This document shows, piece by piece, positions 59,352-64,000 of a DNA stretch of 64,000 nucleotides; position 1 is the stretch's first letter; every line of letters starts with the position of its first letter. The DNA comes from Abditibacteriaceae bacterium (lineage in GTDB: Bacteria > Armatimonadota > Abditibacteriia > Abditibacteriales > Abditibacteriaceae): assembly GCA_965277285.1 (NCBI GenBank), contig OZ255721.1, positions 3,520,001 through 3,584,000 of the forward strand, in the 5' to 3' direction. The notes below the pieces were generated by a model. It was not told the origin of the DNA, ran no database searches, and was given only the letters and a program-made list of their open reading frames with translations. The position numbers were made by a program, and so were the translations under genes.

Positions 59352-59422
59352 CGCATGGTTTCGAGTACTCAACTCTTCTTTTCTCTGCGACCTCAGCTTT
59401 CTCTGCGGTGAAAACGAAAATT

Positions 59423-61027
59423 ATGTTCACTCCTCAAGTTCAAATCTACGACACGACATTGCGCGATGGCGCGCAGGCCGAAGGCATCTCGTTTTCGGTC
59501 GCCGATAAGTTGAAAATCGCGCGCCGCTTAGACGAGTTCGGCGTCGCTTTTATCGAAGGCGGCTGGCCGGGAAGCAATCCCAAAGACGAAGAATTCTTCG
59601 CGCTCTGTCAGAAAGAAACCTGGAAAAATTCGCAGTTGTGCGCTTTCTCCATGACGCGTCGGGCGGGAATCAAAGCCGCTGATGACACCAATTTGCAAAC
59701 GATTTTAGCGGCGCAAACGCCGGTCGTAACGCTGGTGGGCAAAACCTGGGATTTTCATGTCGAGAAAGCTCTCAAAATCTCGCTCGATGAAAACCTGCGC
59801 ATGATCGAAGAAAGCGTGCGTTTCGTGAAAGAACATGGGCGCCGCGTTTTTTACGATTGCGAGCATTTTTTCGATGGCTTTCGCTCCAACCGCGAATATG
59901 CGCTGAAAACCTTGCGTGCCGCCGCCGAAGGTGGCGCGGAAATGCTGGTTTTGTGCGATACCAACGGCGGCAGTCTGCCCGCGTGGGTCGCGCAGTGCGT
60001 CAACGATGTGCAGCGCGAAATCGGTTTGCCAGTCGGCATTCACACGCACAACGATTGCGAAATGGGTGTGGCGAACGCGCTGGCCGCAGTCGAAAATGGC
60101 GCGCGTCAAGTGCAGGGAACGATCAACGGTTTCGGCGAACGTTGCGGCAATTGCAATCTGGTTTCGGTCATCGCCAACTTGCAGGTGAAGCAAAATATCG
60201 CGTGCGTGCCGCCGGAAAATGTCAAAAGTCTGACGGCCTTGTCGCATTTCGTGACCGAAGTCGCCAATCTGGTTCCCGACGACAGGCAGCCGTTTGTCGG
60301 CAAAAGCGTGTTCGCGCACAAAGGCGGAATGCACGTCGATGCGGTTCAAAAAGCTGGAGGCCGCGCTTACGAGCACATCGAGCCGGAAAGTGTCGGCAAC
60401 GAACGCCGCATTTTAGTTTCTGAATTAGCGGGAACCAGCAACGTGCGCGAAGTGGCGCAAGGTCTGGGCATCGAACTCGAAAAAGGTTCGCCCGAGGCGC
60501 GCAAAGTGCTGGCGGAAGTCAAGAAACTGGAAAGTGAAGGATACGAGTTTGAAGGCGCCGAAGCGTCGTTTCAGCTGTTGGTGCAACGCGCTCTTGGCAA
60601 ATCGCACGAATTATTCCAACTGCTGGGCGCGCGCGTCATCAACGAATTGCGGCCTGCTTATGGCGAATCGAGTACTCGAAACGAGTGGATTACCGAAGCG
60701 ACGCTGAAAATCCGCGTCAATGGCGAAGTGCGCCATGTCGCAGCCGAAGGCGATGGGCCAGTTCACGCGCTGGATAACGCCTTGCGAAAAGCTCTGGTCG
60801 CGGCTTATCCGCAAATGGATGCGATTCGATTGACCGATTTCAAAGTGCGTGTTGTCAATACGCGCGAAGGCACGGCGGCCAAGGTGCGCGTGCTCATCGA
60901 ATCGGGAACCGAACAGGAAAGTTGGAGCACAGTCGGCGTTTCCACCAACATCATCGAAGCCTCTTGGCAGGCTTTGACCGAAGCGATGCAATACGGCTTG
61001 ACCGAAGTCGTCTCGAAGGAAAATTAG
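59423..61027 (+). CDS. cimA: Citramalate synthase
   Basis: YDTTLRDGAQ, IEGGWPGSNPKD, YDCEHFFDG, CDTNGG, FAHKGGMH, GDGPVHALD, NIIEASW. Confidence 0.93.
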   Translation: MFTPQVQIYDTTLRDGAQAEGISFSVADKLKIARRLDEFGVAFIEGGWPGSNPKDEEFFALCQKETWKNSQLCAFSMTRRAGIKAADDTNLQTILAAQTPVVTLVGKTWDFHVEKALKISLDENLRMIEESVRFVKEHGRRVFYDCEHFFDGFRSNREYALKTLRAAAEGGAEMLVLCDTNGGSLPAWVAQCVNDVQREIGLPVGIHTHNDCEMGVANALAAVENGARQVQGTINGFGERCGNCNLVSVIANLQVKQNIACVPPENVKSLTALSHFVTEVANLVPDDRQPFVGKSVFAHKGGMHVDAVQKAGGRAYEHIEPESVGNERRILVSELAGTSNVREVAQGLGIELEKGSPEARKVLAEVKKLESEGYEFEGAEASFQLLVQRALGKSHELFQLLGARVINELRPAYGESSTRNEWITEATLKIRVNGEVRHVAAEGDGPVHALDNALRKALVAAYPQMDAIRLTDFKVRVVNTREGTAAKVRVLIESGTEQESWSTVGVSTNIIEASWQALTEAMQYGLTEVVSKEN

Positions 61028-61028
61028 A

Positions 61029-61116
61029 CGCCAAGAGCGCCAAGAAGATAGCCAAGAAAACAAACGTATTTTTGATAACGCAAAGTCTCTTCTAAATCTT
61101 GGCGCTCTTGGCGGTT
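61029..61116. repeat. Inverted repeat between convergent genes
   Basis: CGCCAAGAGCGCCAAGA ... TCTTGGCGCTCTTGGCG. Confidence 0.75.
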
Positions 61117-61919
61117 CAACTCAACCATTCTTGCAAGCGTTGCAAACTGGTAATGACTTCGGGCATCGGGTCGCGGTCGAAGGGTTCGTGTTCGATGCAA
61201 ATCGTGCCGTTCCAGCCGTCGTCTTTGAGATATTTTACGACGCCTTCGAGATCGACAATGCCGTCGCCCGCCGCGCACGTTTCGTGTCCGCCAGCGGTTT
61301 TTATATCTTTGAGATGCAGCAAAAACAAGCGATTGCGGACGGCTTTAGCGGCTTCCACGACATCCAGTCCTTGCGTGCCACACCAGCCGGTATCGAGCGC
61401 GATGCCGTTGTTCATATATTCGACGCCACCGATTTTCGCCAGCATCTCCGCGCCTGTCTTCTGAGGATGATTTTCAAACGCCCACTTGACGCCGTATTTC
61501 AAACACGCGTCGTTGACCATTTTCGCCAGATCGTTATCGGAAAAGTTCGGGCTGTAAATGCCGCCCGCGAAATAGGGCGCGCCCAATTGTTGCATGACGC
61601 GAAACGGCGCTTCCAAATCCTCCGGCGTGTTGAGGTTGATGCCGCCCGCATACGACGTGATTTGCAAACCGCGCGCGTCGCACGCCGCTTTAACTTGCGA
61701 CGCGAAACCATCGTCCGCGTGAACTTTGTAGGAACAATGTCCCGTCCAGATGTCGATGGCCGAAAAACCGGCGGATTTTACGTCATCGAGCATTGAATTG
61801 ATTTCGTTCAAGTCGGTTTGCGCGATGGTTGCCGTGTCGTTTTTGCCCCAATTTTCGTCGCCAGTGTAGCCCAGAGCGCGCGCGACATAGTTCGCCGAAA
61901 TAAAACTGATGGTATTCAT
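61116..61919 (-). CDS. Sugar phosphate isomerase/epimerase (xylose isomerase-like TIM barrel)
   Basis: FENHP, LDTGW, HLKD, GDGIVD, IEHE. Confidence 0.88.
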   Translation of the reverse strand: MNTISFISANYVARALGYTGDENWGKNDTATIAQTDLNEINSMLDDVKSAGFSAIDIWTGHCSYKVHADDGFASQVKAACDARGLQITSYAGGINLNTPEDLEAPFRVMQQLGAPYFAGGIYSPNFSDNDLAKMVNDACLKYGVKWAFENHPQKTGAEMLAKIGGVEYMNNGIALDTGWCGTQGLDVVEAAKAVRNRLFLLHLKDIKTAGGHETCAAGDGIVDLEGVVKYLKDDGWNGTICIEHEPFDRDPMPEVITSLQRLQEWLS

Positions 61920-62118
61920 CGTGTCCTTTGGTTTCGAGTACTCGAAGTGGAAATGTGCGACGTGAAATGAAAAATCTTCCGCCCATTATAACGCGATGAA
62001 GAATTTACACGTACCTTGCAGCCTAACTTTTGCACAATCAAAAGTGATTGGGATGCCACCTTTGATCTCAGAGGTTGTATAGAAAGTACGCGAAATGCCC
62101 TAAGAACCTATGCGAAGA

Positions 62119-62181
62119 GGGCAACCACAAGGGTTGCCCCTACCAGCCGATTCATCGTAGGGGCAACCCTTGTGGTTGCCC
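62119..62181. repeat. GTAG-type REP-like inverted pair (opposite arrangement)
   Basis: GGGCAACCACAAGGGTTGCCCCTAC ... GTAGGGGCAACCCTTGTGGTTGCCC. Confidence 0.85.
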
Positions 62182-62313
62182 AAAGGCTGCACCAATCCAC
62201 CTGTTGGTGCCAATCCGCATAGGTTCTGAAAGTGCCAGTTTGAAGACTTTCTCCGGCGTCCGCGTACTTTGTTTACAACCTCTCAGAGTGTGTATAGAAA
62301 GGCGGTAAACCGA

Positions 62314-63384
62314 TTATGCCAGCAACTTGACAGTGCGTTTTTCGCGCGCGCTTTGAACTGCGCTGTCCACAATCTGCTGCCCGATGCGCGAGATTTCAGT
62401 TGTCAAAGGCCCGTGAATCGGCGTGCCGTTTTCTATCACGTCCACGATATGCGCAATTGGGTTTTGCATTGACACTGCAACTTCATCAACTGGCAAATCG
62501 AAGCCTGCGGATTTGTCTTCGGTTTGAATGCGCAAGATTGTGGCGTAATCCGGGCAGGAAATCGTGCCTTTTGTTCCGACCAGAACGTAGCCGCACGTCG
62601 GTTGCGGCTGATGTGTCCACGGATCGGAAAAAGTGCCCCAGCGCGTTTCGATTTTCGACAAACCCTGCGCATAGCACGCGACGATAATCGCGTGTTCATC
62701 GACTTCCAGACCTTGCGGTTCATCGACGACGCACGTCACTTCGAGCGGCGCGCGCCCGTTTTGAAACCAGGTTCCCAAGGTCGCGCCATAACCCGCGTAA
62801 TCGAGCAGCGAACCGCCGCCTTTTTCGCGCTTGTACCACCAACTTCCCGCTTTTTCCTGCGCAACTTGTGCGGCGCTCACTTCCACTTTATCGGCGCGAT
62901 GAAACAACGGCCCGCGATTGCCGCCATAATGATGAAACTCGACGACTTCGCCGACCAAACCCTCATCGAGTACTCGTTTCGTGGTCAAAATACCCGCAAA
63001 CCACGCCGTCGGCCAGTTGATGAAAAGGTGCTTGCCGGTTTTATGAATGGCTTCAATCATCGCGTCTGCATCGTGCAAAGAAGACGCGAACGGTTTTTCA
63101 ACCAGAATGTGCATTCCAAACGGTGCAATTCGTTCTGTCCACAGCGCATGTTCGCCCGTCGCGGGACACAAAATCACCACGTCGGGACGTGTTTCTTCCA
63201 GGCACTTTCGATAATCGGTGAAGATTTTTTCCGGCGAAATGTCCAACGCTTGCGCCGTTTCCTGCATTCGCTCGGCGTTTTCATCGCTGATGCCGACAAT
63301 TTCGGCGTTGGGATGTTCACTGACATAGCGCAGTAAATCGCCCATGTGCATATGATCGAAGTTGATGCCCGCAAATTTAATCAT
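62314..63384 (-). CDS. Gfo/Idh/MocA family oxidoreductase
   Basis: LVEKPFA, GGGSLLDYAGYG; RBS AAGGGA before MIKFAG. Confidence 0.88.
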   Translation of the reverse strand: MIKFAGINFDHMHMGDLLRYVSEHPNAEIVGISDENAERMQETAQALDISPEKIFTDYRKCLEETRPDVVILCPATGEHALWTERIAPFGMHILVEKPFASSLHDADAMIEAIHKTGKHLFINWPTAWFAGILTTKRVLDEGLVGEVVEFHHYGGNRGPLFHRADKVEVSAAQVAQEKAGSWWYKREKGGGSLLDYAGYGATLGTWFQNGRAPLEVTCVVDEPQGLEVDEHAIIVACYAQGLSKIETRWGTFSDPWTHQPQPTCGYVLVGTKGTISCPDYATILRIQTEDKSAGFDLPVDEVAVSMQNPIAHIVDVIENGTPIHGPLTTEISRIGQQIVDSAVQSAREKRTVKLLA

Positions 63385-63486
63385 GTCCGTTCCCTTATGC
63401 CAGTGCGATTCTATGTGCAAGGCCATTTATACTCTTCTTATTGAGCCTGTTGATAGCTTACTTAATAAAGCATCTTGGAGTACTGC

Positions 63487-63864
63487 ATGGGTGAATTCAA
63501 GTTGAGGTTCAAAAGAGCCAGGCTCTTCGTAGTGCCTATTATGCTGTTTGCTGTAGTCTTGTTTGCACCAGCGGTCAAGAGAAGAATTGTTGATGTATGT
63601 TGGAGAATTGACCCGCGTGCTGATTTGTTGGATAAAGCTGCTCAAGGCGTAGCCGAATTTGGAACGGTAGATTGTGGAAGAGCAACCTCATTAGAAAGCA
63701 GTGCTTCTGTAGACTCTTGTATCGCCAAGGCGTCTCAACAAGGCCTTCCCGTTCGAGGGCGTTTTGACGCGAGCTGTCTGGATGGGTCTTGTTCCACCAT
63801 CATAGTCAAGACAAAATCGAAAACTATCTCTTTGTTTTTGGGTAAGGATGGGATCGTGAGATAA
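63487..63864 (+). CDS. Hypothetical Cys-containing exported protein
   Basis: Hydrophobic N-terminus, several Cys, AT-rich. Confidence 0.4.
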   Translation: MGEFKLRFKRARLFVVPIMLFAVVLFAPAVKRRIVDVCWRIDPRADLLDKAAQGVAEFGTVDCGRATSLESSASVDSCIAKASQQGLPVRGRFDASCLDGSCSTIIVKTKSKTISLFLGKDGIVR

Positions 63865-64000
63865 ACCATCGAAATATGATAAGTCCTTGCACAAAAGCAC
63901 GCGTCGAGTACTTGAGTGGGGCGCTTTTCAGTTGTCACGAAATCGTGTTCAATTTATATTGTGCGTCCACGACTCGTTCCAAAAGTCATACACATGGTTT

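Larger units (their letters stand above)
621..63915. repeat. Dispersed highly iterated 12-bp palindrome TCGAGTACTCGA (about 49 exact and about 26 one-mismatch copies)
   Basis: Exact copies read by eye start at 1550, 2236, 2711, 3217, 3656, 4012, 4636, 5089, 5864, 6387, 7620, 12066, 12975, 13997, 15295, 15949, 17558, 18504, 19813, 21008, 27410, 28668, 30011, 30024, 30753, 32510, 33071, 35287, 37154, 37645, 39244, 40780, 41704, 42228, 42779, 43189, 44703, 45436, 47239, 48746, 50162, 51305, 51996, 54623, 56513, 57906, 59188, 60668, 61934. Confidence 0.98.

Noticed and set aside
621..63915. Palindrome as a cloning linker or adapter artefact
   Set aside because: Copies keep reading frames intact, fit conserved protein positions, show natural-looking variants and form terminators with G-U wobbles. 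Raw reads would be the final check.
621..63915. Palindrome as an ordinary transcription-factor operator
   Set aside because: Too dense, and frequently deep inside functionally unrelated coding sequences.

Overview
Bacterial chromosomal window of moderately high GC made mostly of housekeeping genes: nrdJ, nadB, lpxD with two Skp/OmpH-like genes, moeB, rfbA/rfbC, part of the dcw cluster (murC-murB-ddl-ftsQ-DUF881-sbp-ftsA), a DEAD-box helicase, queC/queE, priA, amidase-GerMN-murI-rph, pgk/tpiA and cimA. It also holds a MoxR-VWA-CoA-ligase operon and a small atypical island (APH kinase, CHAT protease). Outer-membrane genes next to Firmicutes-like modules suggest a diderm Terrabacteria lineage such as Armatimonadota/Abditibacteriota (inference only). 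The dominant unexplained signal is a 12-bp perfect palindrome, TCGAGTACTCGA (usually W-flanked, mostly ATCGAGTACTCGAA). By hand I count about 49 exact and about 26 one-mismatch copies in 64 kb, against about 0.004 exact copies expected by chance. It sits inside conserved genes in all three frames ([13 protein letters not shown]), is locally evenly spaced, forms the stems of terminators and has a biased variant spectrum. It looks like a highly iterated palindrome system different from the HIP1, DUS/USS, matS and parS motifs I know. Several REP/MITE-like hairpin families, often nested, fill the intergenic spaces. No rRNA, tRNA, CRISPR array or transposase was recognised.
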